Shown here: positions 29,117 through 40,100 of the stretch, piece by piece | Layout: each line of letters starts with the position of its first letter | Numbering within the stretch: position 1 is the first letter of the stretch | From: Candidatus Microgenomates bacterium | GTDB taxonomy: Bacteria > Patescibacteriota > Microgenomatia > UBA8517 | Direction of reading: 5' to 3' | Length of the DNA: 64,000 bases | Assembly: GCA_049523135.1 (NCBI GenBank) | Contig: JBEKNE010000001.1 | Coordinates: 391,009 to 455,008 of the forward strand | The notes under the pieces: model-generated | What the model was told of the DNA's origin: nothing | The model's database searches: none | What the model saw: only the letters and a program-made list of their open reading frames with translations | Translations under genes and position numbers: made by a program

Positions 29117-30373
29117 ATGGATTATAAAAATAAAAGAGTAGCGATTTTAGGGTACGGAATTGAGGGACAGGACGCCGAAAAATTTTTTAAATCTCAGGGT
29201 GCCAAAATTACCATTCTTGATAAAAAGCTAGACGAGAATTATCTAAATGATTTATCAAAATTTGATATTATTGTCCGTTCCCCCGGTGTTTACAGATTTT
29301 TACCTCAAATTGTCGAATCGGAAAAATCAGGAGCGGTAATTACCTCCGCTATTAAAATATTTTTTGATGAATGCAAAGGAAAAATTATCGGCGTTACGGG
29401 AACAAAAGGTAAGGGTACTACTTCTTCTTTGATTTATGACATCCTAAAAGCTGGTGGGCGTGATGTTTATTTGAGCGGAAATATAGGCAAGCCGTATTTG
29501 GAGCTTTTGCCAAAACTTACAAAAGATTCATGGGTTGTAATGGAAATGTCTTCGTTTCAGCTGATTGATATGGATGCTTCTCCCTATATTGCCGTGGTAT
29601 TGAATATCACAACGGATCATTTGGATTGGCATAAAGACCGTGAGGAGTACGTAAATGCGAAAAGGAATATCGTAAGTCATCAAAAATCTGATGATTTTGC
29701 TCTTCTGAATGAAGAATATGAAACACCCAAAAGCTTCGCGGAAGTTGCAAAAGGGAAAGTAGTATTCTTTTCCAAGAAAAAGCTTGATCAGGAATATAAA
29801 GAAGGTTTACTTTTGAGAGGTGAACATAATCTGGAAAATATCGCCGCAGCAGTTGAAACCGCCAAAGTTGTTGGAATTAATGAAGATATAATTTTAAAAA
29901 CTGTCAGATCTTTTAAAGGACTTGAACACAGACTTGAATTGGTTGGCACGGTAGACGGAGTTACTTTCTATAACGATTCATTTGCGACAGGCCCTCAGCC
30001 GACAATTGCCGCCATTAATTCTTTTACGGAGCCCGAAACCTTGATTTTGGGAGGGAGCGATAAGGGTTTGGATTATACAGAGTTGGGTGACATGATCGCA
30101 GGAAACAAAAATGTTCAAAATATTATTCTCATCGGTTTTATCAGAAATTTAATAAAAGATGCTTTGAAAAAATCAAATTATTTAGGAGAAATAATAGATT
30201 TGGAAACAAGTCCGATGTCTGAAATTGTCAAAAAAGCAAAAGAAGTTACCCCGAAGGACGGAGTTGTTATTCTTTCTCCGGCAGCCGCGAGTTTTGACAT
30301 GTTCAAAAATTATAAGGATAGAGGAGACCAATTTAAAAACGCTGTCCACCAATTAAATGAAAAAGAAACTTAA
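29117..30373 (+). CDS. murD: UDP-MurNAc-L-Ala--D-glutamate ligase
   Basis: SPGV, GTKGKGTT, E.SSFQL, DHLDWH, GL.HRLE, NDS.AT, LSPAAASFD.F. Confidence 0.95.
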   Translation: MDYKNKRVAILGYGIEGQDAEKFFKSQGAKITILDKKLDENYLNDLSKFDIIVRSPGVYRFLPQIVESEKSGAVITSAIKIFFDECKGKIIGVTGTKGKGTTSSLIYDILKAGGRDVYLSGNIGKPYLELLPKLTKDSWVVMEMSSFQLIDMDASPYIAVVLNITTDHLDWHKDREEYVNAKRNIVSHQKSDDFALLNEEYETPKSFAEVAKGKVVFFSKKKLDQEYKEGLLLRGEHNLENIAAAVETAKVVGINEDIILKTVRSFKGLEHRLELVGTVDGVTFYNDSFATGPQPTIAAINSFTEPETLILGGSDKGLDYTELGDMIAGNKNVQNIILIGFIRNLIKDALKKSNYLGEIIDLETSPMSEIVKKAKEVTPKDGVVILSPAAASFDMFKNYKDRGDQFKNAVHQLNEKET

Positions 30374-31244
30374 AGTTGTAGTTCTATCAGGTGGAAGATC
30401 CTCCGAACGCGAAATATCACTTCTTTCCGGTAAGGAAGTTTTGGCAAATATCGATAAAAGTAGATATAACGCAAAATTACTAATTGTTCCAAAAGTCGGC
30501 AACGAGTGGACTGGGAAGTTGATAAGACTAAAACCAGACCTTATTTTTATTGCACTACACGGAACTTTTGGGGAAGATGGATCGATTCAGGGACTTTTGG
30601 AGCAGGTAAATATTCCCTATACAGGTTCCGGAGTTTTGGCTTCTGCGATAGGAATGGATAAAGTTGTCTTTAAAAAATTAATGAGGTTTGGAAGAATTGA
30701 CGTGCCAAGGGACATTAGGACACCTCCTTGTTTTGTTAAACCGAGTGATCAGGGATCATCCGTTGGTGCATCAATTGTTCTTAATTATAGCGAATTGAAA
30801 TCTGCAATTAAATTAGCCAATAGATATTCGAATAAAGTTTTACTTGAGGAATATTTAAGAGGAAAGGAATTGACATGTGTCGTTATTGGTAACAAAAACC
30901 CAATTGCTTTTCCTATAATTGAAATAAAACCCTTGAAAGGTAAGTTCTTCGATTATGAATCGAAATATACAGAAAGCGGCTCGGAAGAAATTGTTCCTGC
31001 CAGGATTTCGAAAAGTTTGGCAAAGAAGGTACAAAAAATTGCAATAGAGGTTTATAAAGCAGTGGGTTGTAAAGGTTTTGGAAGAGTGGATTTTATTTTA
31101 AAAAACGATAGGCCAATTGTGTTGGAAATAAATACTATTCCTGGGCTAACTCGAATGTCACTTGTTCCCAAGGCTGCGAAAGCAGCAGGTGTTTCCTATT
31201 CAAGACTGCTGGATAAAATAATCGGCTATGCAATTGAAAAATAA
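30357..31244 (+). CDS. ddl: D-alanine--D-alanine ligase
   Basis: GG.S.ERE.SL.SG, LHG..GEDG..QG, GSSVG, FDYESKY (Tyr omega loop, D-Ala-D-Ala type), E.NT.PG. Confidence 0.95.
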   Translation: MKKKLKVVVLSGGRSSEREISLLSGKEVLANIDKSRYNAKLLIVPKVGNEWTGKLIRLKPDLIFIALHGTFGEDGSIQGLLEQVNIPYTGSGVLASAIGMDKVVFKKLMRFGRIDVPRDIRTPPCFVKPSDQGSSVGASIVLNYSELKSAIKLANRYSNKVLLEEYLRGKELTCVVIGNKNPIAFPIIEIKPLKGKFFDYESKYTESGSEEIVPARISKSLAKKVQKIAIEVYKAVGCKGFGRVDFILKNDRPIVLEINTIPGLTRMSLVPKAAKAAGVSYSRLLDKIIGYAIEK

Positions 31245-32373
31245 TAAATATAAAACCTGGGTTGAGGTGTCTAAAAAATCACTTTATCACAATATTGGTG
31301 TTTTCCGGAAAAGTATCGGAAAAAAGGTAAATTTAGCCGCTGTTGTTAAAGCTAACGCCTACGGACACGGGTTGAAAGAAATTGTACCCCTGTTGAAAGG
31401 CAAAGTAGATCTCTTAGCGGTAGATAATATTGATGAAGCGCTAATTATTCGTCAAATCGATGCTTCCACTCCGGTATTAATTCTTGGCTATACAACTTTG
31501 GCAAATCTTTCATTACCCATTGAGAATGACGTTTCATTTGTAATTTACAACATGGAAAGTTTAAAAAAGATTGTGTCTCTGAAACCAAAAAAACCTGCAA
31601 AAATTCATTTGAAAATTGAAACAGGACTAAATAGACAGGGGATTCAGAAAAAGGATCTTCTTAAATTTCTTAAATTCATCAAATTGCACAGAGACAGTTT
31701 TATATTGGAAGGCATATCTACCCATTTTGCAAATATTGAGGATACACTTGATCCGAGCTTTGCCAAAAAGCAGCTGATTGAATTTAAAAAGACGCTAAAA
31801 ATTGTTAAGAAAGAAGGCTTTAATCCCCCTTTGATTCATTGCGCGGCATCCGCCGGAACCCTGCTTTACCCTGAAACGCACTTTTCGATGGTGAGAGTCG
31901 GATTTGGTATCTACGGATGGTGGTCTTCACTTGAAACAAGGGTATCGCTTCTGGCGCAAAAACGGGATTTAGTTCTAAGGCCCGTAATAACCTGGAAAAG
32001 CATAGTTGCCCAAATTAAATACCTTGAAGTTGGAGAGTCTGTGGGCTACGGTCAGACGTGGTTTGCTGCCAGAAAAACAAAGATTGCCGTTATACCCGTA
32101 GGCTATTCGGAAGGCTATGATAGAAAACTTTCCAATATCGGTAGGGTTATTATAGACGGACACTATGCCACAATTGTTGGTAGGGTGGCTATGAATATGA
32201 TAATGATTGATGTTACTGATATTAAAAATGTAAAACTTGAGGATGAAGTTGCTCTTTTGGGAAATAAAGACGGACTGAAAATCTCAGCGGATGAAATAGC
32301 AAAGAAAATTGGTACAATAAACTATGAAGTGGTTTCAAGAATTAATCCACTTCTGCCAAGAGTCATAGTATGA
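31228..32373 (+). CDS. alr: Alanine racemase
   Basis: AVVKANAYGHG PLP-lysine motif, H.KI.TG..R.G, VGYG, TINYE. Confidence 0.95.
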   Translation: MQLKNNKYKTWVEVSKKSLYHNIGVFRKSIGKKVNLAAVVKANAYGHGLKEIVPLLKGKVDLLAVDNIDEALIIRQIDASTPVLILGYTTLANLSLPIENDVSFVIYNMESLKKIVSLKPKKPAKIHLKIETGLNRQGIQKKDLLKFLKFIKLHRDSFILEGISTHFANIEDTLDPSFAKKQLIEFKKTLKIVKKEGFNPPLIHCAASAGTLLYPETHFSMVRVGFGIYGWWSSLETRVSLLAQKRDLVLRPVITWKSIVAQIKYLEVGESVGYGQTWFAARKTKIAVIPVGYSEGYDRKLSNIGRVIIDGHYATIVGRVAMNMIMIDVTDIKNVKLEDEVALLGNKDGLKISADEIAKKIGTINYEVVSRINPLLPRVIV

Positions 32374-33584
32374 AAAAAATTAACCCAATTGTCAGGTGGT
32401 GGGTGACACCGGAACTTCCTCCTGAAGATATCTTTGCTAAACACAATTTCCTTTCTCAATGGCTAATACATCCAATAAAAAGAAGATTGGCAAGACATTA
32501 TTTGAGATTACTGCAAAAATTTACGGATATTAAAGTAATTGCCATAACCGGAAGTACAGGAAAAACCACAACAACTGAAATTCTGGCATCAATTCTTAAA
32601 ACAGTAGATAAAACAGTTTGGTCCAGTGAGGGAATAGACCCTGTTTATAATATCCCCAATACTATTTTGCGAACTTCATGGGGAACAAGATATCTTGTTC
32701 TTGAAATGTCCGTCGAATATCTAAATGAGATGAATTATTATTTATGGTTGGTAAAACCCGATGTTGGAATTATTACGAATATAGCGACAACGCATACCCA
32801 GTTTCTAAAGACAAAAGAAGGCGTGGCTGCAGAAAAGAGTAAACTCATAAAAGTATTAAGTGAAACCGGGGTCGCAGTTCTTAATGTTGAGGATTCACTT
32901 GTAAAATCATTTTCAAAAAATACGAAAGCTAAGATATGTTGGTATGGTGAGGGAAGTGAAATTTATGCTAAAAATGTCAAGTTGAATCAAGATTTGAGTA
33001 CTTCTTTTACTCTGTATATCAATAAGAACAAAAAATATGTTCATATGAATGCTTTTGGTAAACAGTTTGTTAATAATGCTATAGCTTCATCTGCTGCTGC
33101 GTTTTCGTTGGGAGTAAATCTTGAAAATATTGTAAAAGGGATTCAAATATTTAAACTTTCTCCCCATAGATTAAATATTTTTAGAACAGTATCAAACGGG
33201 ATTATTTTTGACGATTCTTATAATAGTAATCCTAAAGCTGCAAACGAATCGCTGGATACTTTTAATTGTCTTGCCGGAGCCAAGACTAAAATTGCAGTGA
33301 TTGGCGATATGCTCGAGCTCGGAAAATTTGAAGAATCTTCTCATAAAGAACTCGGGAAGAAGATTAGTAAAATGGATTTTGAATATTTGATATGTGTAGG
33401 TAGTGCGACAAGATTTGTTCTAGAAGAAGCAAGTAAAGTGATTGGCGAAAATAAATGTTTTTTGACAACAAACTGGTCGGAAGCTCTTGGAATTATTAAG
33501 CCACTACTTGGTCATGATACGGCACTTTTTGTTAAAGGATCACGTTCAATTTATCTTGATAAGTTAGTTCATTCGCTTACCTAA
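32370..33584 (+). CDS. murF: UDP-MurNAc-tripeptide--D-Ala-D-Ala ligase (atypical N-terminus)
   Basis: ITGSTGKTTT, DDSYNSNP, GDMLELG, VKGSR. Confidence 0.9.
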   Translation: MKKINPIVRWWVTPELPPEDIFAKHNFLSQWLIHPIKRRLARHYLRLLQKFTDIKVIAITGSTGKTTTTEILASILKTVDKTVWSSEGIDPVYNIPNTILRTSWGTRYLVLEMSVEYLNEMNYYLWLVKPDVGIITNIATTHTQFLKTKEGVAAEKSKLIKVLSETGVAVLNVEDSLVKSFSKNTKAKICWYGEGSEIYAKNVKLNQDLSTSFTLYINKNKKYVHMNAFGKQFVNNAIASSAAAFSLGVNLENIVKGIQIFKLSPHRLNIFRTVSNGIIFDDSYNSNPKAANESLDTFNCLAGAKTKIAVIGDMLELGKFEESSHKELGKKISKMDFEYLICVGSATRFVLEEASKVIGENKCFLTTNWSEALGIIKPLLGHDTALFVKGSRSIYLDKLVHSLT

Positions 33585-33630
33585 TTGCCTCTTATTTCAC
33601 GCAAGACTATAATCTTTATAGACCGGACAT

Positions 33631-34680
33631 ATGACAAATTACTTAACTTTGACCTTGGGATTAATTATTTTCTCTTTTCTTGTCAGTTTGGTACTAATAG
33701 TTCCTTTCATAGATCTTCTTTATAAACTGCATTTGACCAGGAGACGCGAGGCTCCAAAGAGCGGTAAAATTCCGCTTTTTGATAAGCTTCACGATATTAA
33801 AGTTGGAACCCCTGTTGGTGGAGGGGTATTAATAATAGTTTTGGTTTGTTTGTTTTTTCTAATCATCTTTCCCTTGGCCTCCCGCTTGGGTATATATATT
33901 AAAAGTTCTTTTTCGTTGAGGGGGGAGCTTTTTGTAATATTTTTTACTTTTATATCTTTTGGGCTATTGGGTTTATCCGACGATCTTTTAAAAATTTTCG
34001 GTAAGCCATCTAAAGGAGTACTGGGTTTATGGTTTGGGCTAAGACGTTCTCAGAAATTTGTTTTGCAATGCATCCTTGCGCTTTTTGTTGGATTTTTTAT
34101 TTATAGGTATTTGGGTATAAGCATATTAAATATTCCTATTATTCATCAGGTTTACAACCTTGGGATTTGGTATATTCCATTTTCCGCGTTTGTGATTGTT
34201 GCTTTTACTAATGCTTTCAATATTACCGACGGCCTTGACGGACTTGCCGTGGGACTGCTCATAATTTGCTTATGTTCTTTTGAAATAATTGCAGCAGGGA
34301 ATCTTGATACTCCACTTTCCTTCTTCATTTCGTTGCTTGTCGGTTGTCTTATTGCGTTTCTTTACTTTAATGTTTGGCCGGCAAGAGTTTTTTTGGGAGA
34401 TGCGGGAGCACTTTCCTTCGGAGCTACTCTTGCGGTTATTGGCCTTTTAACCGGTAAAATTATTGCCTTGGTAATTATTGGAGGAGTTTTTGTTATTGAG
34501 GTAACATCTTCCTTAGTTCAGATGCTTGGTTGGAAAATACTAAAAAAACCTATTTTTCCGTTGGCTCCGATTCACCACGCGTTTTTAGCCCGAGGATGGA
34601 AAGAACCCAAGATTGTGATGAGAGCTTGGATTGTTGGTTTCCTTCTGGCTATTTTTGGTCTTTGGCTAGCGACCATATAA
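33631..34680 (+). CDS. mraY: Phospho-MurNAc-pentapeptide transferase
   Basis: K.GTP.GGG, DD, NAFNITDGLDGL, PA.VF.GD.G, APIHH..GW.E. Confidence 0.95.
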   Translation: MTNYLTLTLGLIIFSFLVSLVLIVPFIDLLYKLHLTRRREAPKSGKIPLFDKLHDIKVGTPVGGGVLIIVLVCLFFLIIFPLASRLGIYIKSSFSLRGELFVIFFTFISFGLLGLSDDLLKIFGKPSKGVLGLWFGLRRSQKFVLQCILALFVGFFIYRYLGISILNIPIIHQVYNLGIWYIPFSAFVIVAFTNAFNITDGLDGLAVGLLIICLCSFEIIAAGNLDTPLSFFISLLVGCLIAFLYFNVWPARVFLGDAGALSFGATLAVIGLLTGKIIALVIIGGVFVIEVTSSLVQMLGWKILKKPIFPLAPIHHAFLARGWKEPKIVMRAWIVGFLLAIFGLWLATI

Positions 34681-34689
34681 ATTTTCCAA

Positions 34690-35796
34690 GTGAAAAACAG
34701 AAAATTGGTACTGTCCAAACAAAATAAATCATTTGATCGTAATTTATTTTTTTTAATATTGGTTTTTGTAATTATTGGAATCATTGCTGTTGCCGATGTT
34801 TCCGCTCCTCAGGCCCTAAACACTTATGGTGATAAATTTTATTTATTAAAAGAGCAGGCAATATCCGCCGCTATCGGTCTTACTGCCTTTTTTGTATTAT
34901 CCAGAATCAAATATACCGTTTGGGAGAAAGTTGCCACCCCGCTTTTTTTTATTTCTTTGCTTTTTTTGCTTTTAGTTCTTTTGGAACGTTTTGGTCTTAC
35001 AGCTCTTGGCGCCAGGCGTTGGATTAGTCTGGGTCCTATTAATTTTCAACCGTCGGAATTTATAAAATTTACAATTTGTATTTATTTGGCAAAAGTTGCA
35101 TCTTCAGGTAAAGGACCACTTTCGTATTTCGTGCCGTTAGTTCTTGTGGCGGGTTTAATCATTTTACAGCCGGATTTAGGTACTACTCTGGTTGTTTTGA
35201 TAATAGGTATATCTCAAATTTTTGTCTCGGGGGTTAATTTGTTTTATATTTTTGGTGCTCTGGGTGTTGGGGGAATTGCTACGGCTCTACTTGTTATGCT
35301 TTCTCCTTACAGGAAAGACAGGCTTAATACGTTTTTACAGGCAACAACCGATCCACTTGGTAAATCCTACCATATTCGACAGATTCTTTTGGCATTAGGT
35401 TCGGGTGGAATTTTTGGTGTGGGGTTGGGAGCTTCGAGACAGAAATATTTGTTTTTACCCGAAGCATCGACCGATTCCATTTTTGCGGTGATTGCTGAAG
35501 AATTGGGTTTAATAGGAGCCGGAGTTTTAATACTTTTATTTGTTTTTCTGATTATAAAAGGTTTAAAAATAGCTAAGGATGCTCCGGATAAATTTGCTCA
35601 GGTTTTAGCGGTTGGTATTTCAGCTTGGATAGGCGGACAGGCGTTTCTAAATATCGCATCAATGGTTTCATTAGTTCCTTTGACGGGTATACCGTTACCG
35701 TTTATTTCCTACGGTGGTAGCAGTTTAGTGATGATACTCTCTGCATGCGGTATACTTCTTAATATATCCAGATATGCCACAAGTGAACGCAAATAG
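34690..35796 (+). CDS. ftsW: SEDS peptidoglycan polymerase FtsW
   Basis: GARRWI, QPSEF.K, QPDLGT, LPE..TD.IFA, P.TG..LPF.SYGGSS; lies in dcw cluster. Confidence 0.93.
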   Translation: MKNRKLVLSKQNKSFDRNLFFLILVFVIIGIIAVADVSAPQALNTYGDKFYLLKEQAISAAIGLTAFFVLSRIKYTVWEKVATPLFFISLLFLLLVLLERFGLTALGARRWISLGPINFQPSEFIKFTICIYLAKVASSGKGPLSYFVPLVLVAGLIILQPDLGTTLVVLIIGISQIFVSGVNLFYIFGALGVGGIATALLVMLSPYRKDRLNTFLQATTDPLGKSYHIRQILLALGSGGIFGVGLGASRQKYLFLPEASTDSIFAVIAEELGLIGAGVLILLFVFLIIKGLKIAKDAPDKFAQVLAVGISAWIGGQAFLNIASMVSLVPLTGIPLPFISYGGSSLVMILSACGILLNISRYATSERK

Positions 35797-36886
35797 ATTG
35801 GTTTTAACGGGTGGTCATGCGGCAACTACTGCAGTTGCCGTTGTGGAAGAAATAAGATCGGAAGGTAAGAATTGGAAACTCTATTGGATTGGAGTTAGGA
35901 ATGCGATAGAGGGAAAAAAAATAGTTACGTTGGAATCGGAAGCCTTACCTCGGCTTGGAGTTAAATTCCTACCTTTGACAACAGGAAGAATTCAAAGAAG
36001 ATTCACTTTATGGACAATCCCTTCAATTTTAAAAATTCCCGTAGGTTTTGTACAATCCGTTTACTATTTACTTAAAATTAAGCCAAAGGCCGTTCTTTCT
36101 TTTGGGGGTTTTGCTTCTTTTCCGGTAGTGGTTATGGCCAAATTTTTGAGAATCCCTGTTATTATTCACGAGCAAACTTCTGCTGCGGGTAGGGCAAACA
36201 TTTTTTCTGCAAGATTTGCTTCAAAGATAGCTTTGTCCCGAAAGGAAAGTACTGTATTTTTCCCGAATTCAAAATGCGAGGTTGTGGGAAATCCAGTAAT
36301 GAGCGAAATAGAGAGCGTAAAGCCCAAACTTAAATTATCGAATCCCCCTGTAATATTTATAACCGGCGGTTCAAGGGGATCCCAAAGCATTAATTTTGCT
36401 GTTGAAAAGATCATCAAAAAACTTCTTTCAAAATATAAAGTTATTCATCAGACAGGGGGACTGGACTATTTAAAGTTCTCGGATATTTGTCAAAAACTTC
36501 CCCAAGCTCTTAGGGATAATTATGAAGTGTTTATTAGAGTTAATCCCCTCGATGTTGCCAAGATATACGCCAAGACGGATATTGTTGTAGGAAGGGCGGG
36601 GGCAAATACCGTTTCCGAGATAATGACGGTAAAGCGTCCGGCAATATTAATTCCGCTTTCAATAAGTTTTATGGATGAACAAACAAGAAACGCAAGAATT
36701 GCAAAAAAATGGGGTATTGCGGAAATCATATCTCAGAGTAATCTGTCGCCCGAAGTATTATTTAAAGAAATAGAAAACCTAATTACTCATTATTCCGAAA
36801 TAGTTAATAAAGTCAAATCAAAGGACGGTCCGGACAAAGAAGCTTCGAAAAAGATAGTATCTTTACTTAGCTTTTACATGAAGTGA
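35774..36886 (+). CDS. murG: Lipid II GlcNAc transferase MurG
   Basis: TGGH, FGG.S.P, IHEQ, VGNP, GGSRGS, RAGANT.SE, EQ..NA. Confidence 0.92.
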   Translation: MPQVNANRLVLTGGHAATTAVAVVEEIRSEGKNWKLYWIGVRNAIEGKKIVTLESEALPRLGVKFLPLTTGRIQRRFTLWTIPSILKIPVGFVQSVYYLLKIKPKAVLSFGGFASFPVVVMAKFLRIPVIIHEQTSAAGRANIFSARFASKIALSRKESTVFFPNSKCEVVGNPVMSEIESVKPKLKLSNPPVIFITGGSRGSQSINFAVEKIIKKLLSKYKVIHQTGGLDYLKFSDICQKLPQALRDNYEVFIRVNPLDVAKIYAKTDIVVGRAGANTVSEIMTVKRPAILIPLSISFMDEQTRNARIAKKWGIAEIISQSNLSPEVLFKEIENLITHYSEIVNKVKSKDGPDKEASKKIVSLLSFYMK

Positions 36887-37557
36887 GAAAATTCTTAGCC
36901 TTTCTTTCTATCGGAATATTATTTTTGGTAATTATTCTTTCTCAATTTTTTATTAGTGCACAAGTTAGTTGTAGTAGCCAATACGGAGCTTGTCCTGAAA
37001 ATGTACTTAGCGAAATTTCACCACTTAACGGTAAAAAATTGTTTTTTGTACGAAATGGACTTAAAAAAGTTTTTAGTTCCAGTTATCTAATTTCAGCTTA
37101 CTCACTTCAATTTAGACTGCCAAACACTATTCAAGTAGACGTTCTGGTTAAAAAACCCTTATTTGCCCTCAAAAGTGATTCTTCGGAGTCGTATGCATTA
37201 ATAGACAAGGATGGAACAGTACTTTCAGTTGAAGGTAGTTCCGAACTGCCTACGCTTGGTGTAAGTGAAGATTTACCTAAAGTTGGACAAAAAGTTAGTG
37301 ATAAAGACCTTTTCGCCTTGGATTTGATTGACGGCTTATATAAAATGTATCAGATAAGAAGTGGAATGATACAGGAAGATACTTTGCTTGTTGATCTTCC
37401 CGGTCCAGTAAGAGTAATATTTCCATTAGTAGGTGCCGATCGTAACATACTACTGGGTTCTTTGAGCTTGATATACTCAAATATTCAAAGTGGAGAAAAT
37501 AAAACTTTATATACAGAAATTGATATGAGATACAAAAATCCGGTATTAAGACAATAA
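36883..37557 (+). CDS. ftsQ: Cell division protein FtsQ/DivIB-like
   Basis: Lies before ftsA; N-terminal TM, LPNTI.V, ID..G, C-terminal IDMRY..PV. Confidence 0.7.
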   Translation: MRKFLAFLSIGILFLVIILSQFFISAQVSCSSQYGACPENVLSEISPLNGKKLFFVRNGLKKVFSSSYLISAYSLQFRLPNTIQVDVLVKKPLFALKSDSSESYALIDKDGTVLSVEGSSELPTLGVSEDLPKVGQKVSDKDLFALDLIDGLYKMYQIRSGMIQEDTLLVDLPGPVRVIFPLVGADRNILLGSLSLIYSNIQSGENKTLYTEIDMRYKNPVLRQ

Positions 37558-37559
37558 AG

Positions 37560-38822
37560 ATGAGTAAATCCAGAATCATTGCTGCTATTGATATAGGGTC
37601 TAGTAAAATTGCCACATTGATTAGTCAGGTTGTTGTGGACCCCGTTACCGGTGAAAGTACGGTGAACGTTGTGGGCGCAGCTCAATCAGAGTCAAAAGGT
37701 ATTAAAAAAGGACAAATAGTTGATATTGATGAAGCTGTTGAAGCAACAATTACTTCAGTTGAAGCCGCGGAACGCATGGCCGGCTATAATCTTGATAATG
37801 CCTATATTTCTTTGGGAGGTGCACATATACATTCCCAAAATTCTCACGGAGTGGTTGCCGTTTCGGATCCGAATGAAGAGATTACCCAAAGTGATGTTGA
37901 CAGGGCGATTGAGGCTGCGTCAGCGGTTTCCCTACCGGTATCACGCGAAGTTATTTTTGTTGTGCCTAGGGAGTTTATTGTTGATGGTGAAGCTGGAGTT
38001 CGGGATGCGGTAGGAATGAGTGGGGTAAGGCTTGAAGTTGACACACATATTGTCTCGGCTGCCTCTGCGGCCTTGAAAAATGTAAGAAAAGCGGTTAACG
38101 AGGTGGGAATCCAAACTGAAGAAATTGTTTTTTCCGGAATAGCATCTGCCGAATCGGTTCTTTCTTCAACCGAGAAGGAATTAGGCTGTGTTCTTATAGA
38201 TATCGGTGGAGGAACAACATCGATAGCCGCATACATAGACGGCTCCATTGCTTACTCGGGTGTAATTCCAATCGGAGCAAAAAATGTAACTAATGATTTG
38301 GCAATTGGCCTTCGGGTTTCACTAGAAACCGCGGAAAAAATTAAAATTGCCCTTTCGGACAAGAGAAAGAAAGATAAAGATGAGGGTGATGAGATGAATT
38401 TGGAAGAACTGGAAGTAACCGAAATTAAAAAAATTTCCAAAAAGACTCTTCTTGAAGGAATTATTAGGCCGAGATTAAATGAAATTTTTTCTATGGTTAA
38501 AATCGAATTGGAGAGGGAGGGCATGGCAAACAGGATTCCTGCGGGAGCAATTATTACCGGAGGCGGAGCGGAAACTGCCGGTGTTACGGATTCCGCAAAG
38601 AGAATACTTTCTGTACCCGTTAGAATCGGGATACCAAAAGGAGTGGGAGGTTTAATTGATGATATTATCACTCCATCTTTTGCTACGGGTGTCGGGCTTT
38701 TGATTTACGGTGCCAAAGCAAAACCTTTAGAGAACTTGACAAGTTTTACAAAAAAGATGAAACTACCTTCAGTTGGAATTTTCGGCAAATTGATTGACAG
38801 CGTAAAAAATCTTTTGCCTTGA
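37560..38822 (+). CDS. ftsA: Cell division protein FtsA
   Basis: DIGSSKI, G.KKG.I.D, GM.G.RLE, DIGGGTT, T.D.A, AE.IK, TGGGA. Confidence 0.96.
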   Translation: MSKSRIIAAIDIGSSKIATLISQVVVDPVTGESTVNVVGAAQSESKGIKKGQIVDIDEAVEATITSVEAAERMAGYNLDNAYISLGGAHIHSQNSHGVVAVSDPNEEITQSDVDRAIEAASAVSLPVSREVIFVVPREFIVDGEAGVRDAVGMSGVRLEVDTHIVSAASAALKNVRKAVNEVGIQTEEIVFSGIASAESVLSSTEKELGCVLIDIGGGTTSIAAYIDGSIAYSGVIPIGAKNVTNDLAIGLRVSLETAEKIKIALSDKRKKDKDEGDEMNLEELEVTEIKKISKKTLLEGIIRPRLNEIFSMVKIELEREGMANRIPAGAIITGGGAETAGVTDSAKRILSVPVRIGIPKGVGGLIDDIITPSFATGVGLLIYGAKAKPLENLTSFTKKMKLPSVGIFGKLIDSVKNLLP

Positions 38823-38874
38823 GTTTTTCTTCTGCCCAAGGTACAATTCTGCCACAAGTGTTTTAGAAATTTAT

Positions 38875-40044
38875 ATGGCTCTAGTTAAACCTGATTCTGC
38901 AAGAATCGCAAAAATAAAAGTTATAGGAGTTGGTGGTGGTGGTGGAAATGCTATTGCCTCAATGATTGACGGCGGACTTATTAATGGAGTTGAATTTATT
39001 GTGATAAATACGGATGCACAAGTTCTTCTTAATAATAAAGCCCCGACTAAGCTTCAAATAGGTGAAAAACTTACTAAGGGTCTTGGGGTTGGTGGAAATC
39101 CTGAAATTGGTCGTCAAGCGGCCGAGGAATCTGTGGAAAAAATAAAAGAGTTTCTTATTGATACGGATATGGTTTTTGTGACGGCCGGAATGGGTGGCGG
39201 AACCGGAACTGGGGCATCTCCAATTATTGCCCAACTTGCAAGAGAGGCAGGTGCTCTTACGGTTGGAGTAGTAACTAAACCCTTCGCATTTGAAGGTGCG
39301 AGGAGAATGATTGCCGCTGAAGAGGGAATCGAAAAACTTAAGGAAGCGACAGATACTCTTATTGTTATTCCTAATCAAAGACTGATGGACGTGATAGATA
39401 GAAAGATGACTCTGCTTGAAGCTTTTAAGGTTGTTGATTCCGTTCTCGGACAAGGTGTTGGCGGAATTGCCGATATTATTACTACTCCGGGGCTGGTTAA
39501 CGTAGATTTTGCTGACGTAAAGACAATAATGAATAACGCCGGTAGCGCTCTTTTAGGAATAGGTACCGGAGTTGGGGAAAATAGAGCACAAATGGCCGCC
39601 CGTGCAGCTATTTCATCACCCCTTCTTGACTTATCTATTGAGGGAGCCCGCGGGGTACTTTTCAATATTGCCGGTGGAAACGATCTGACTATGTTTGAAG
39701 TGGATGAAGCGGCCCGTATTATTTCTTCTGCTGCCGATCCCGACGCGAATGTTATTTTTGGGGCTGTAATAAAACCCGATTTGAGTGATCAGGTAAAAAT
39801 TACTGTTATAGCCACCGGTTTTGACGAAACTCGGTCCCGATTGGCCCAAATGAGTCAAACTTCAATTCAGAAACCGGTTGTTCAAGGGGTGGTTAGTGAA
39901 CCTATGACAAGAAATGAAGAGCAAGATGGGGATGAGCATGAAAATGAGAGTGAACCTTCGGAAGATGCAAATAGATCTTCCAAAGATGAAGATGTATTTG
40001 GCGAGAAATTTGAGATTCCAGCATTCCTCCGGAAAATCCACTAA
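38875..40044 (+). CDS. ftsZ: Cell division protein FtsZ
   Basis: [18 protein letters not shown] tubulin signature, NVDFAD, C-terminal EIPAFLRK. Confidence 0.98.
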   Translation: MALVKPDSARIAKIKVIGVGGGGGNAIASMIDGGLINGVEFIVINTDAQVLLNNKAPTKLQIGEKLTKGLGVGGNPEIGRQAAEESVEKIKEFLIDTDMVFVTAGMGGGTGTGASPIIAQLAREAGALTVGVVTKPFAFEGARRMIAAEEGIEKLKEATDTLIVIPNQRLMDVIDRKMTLLEAFKVVDSVLGQGVGGIADIITTPGLVNVDFADVKTIMNNAGSALLGIGTGVGENRAQMAARAAISSPLLDLSIEGARGVLFNIAGGNDLTMFEVDEAARIISSAADPDANVIFGAVIKPDLSDQVKITVIATGFDETRSRLAQMSQTSIQKPVVQGVVSEPMTRNEEQDGDEHENESEPSEDANRSSKDEDVFGEKFEIPAFLRKIH

Positions 40045-40100
40045 AGACCGCGGTAAGCGTAGCTTGGCACCAACCTTCGGTTGTTGTAAAATGGCTTCAT

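Noticed and set aside
38830-38858. Imperfect direct repeat TTCTGCC(C/AC)AAG upstream of ftsZ
   Set aside because: Only two short imperfect copies, with no supporting context
40045-40100. T-box leader or terminator upstream of ileS (CAACCTTCGGTTG)
   Set aside because: The gap is only 56 nt, there is no T-box sequence, and the stem is 4 bp with no U-tract
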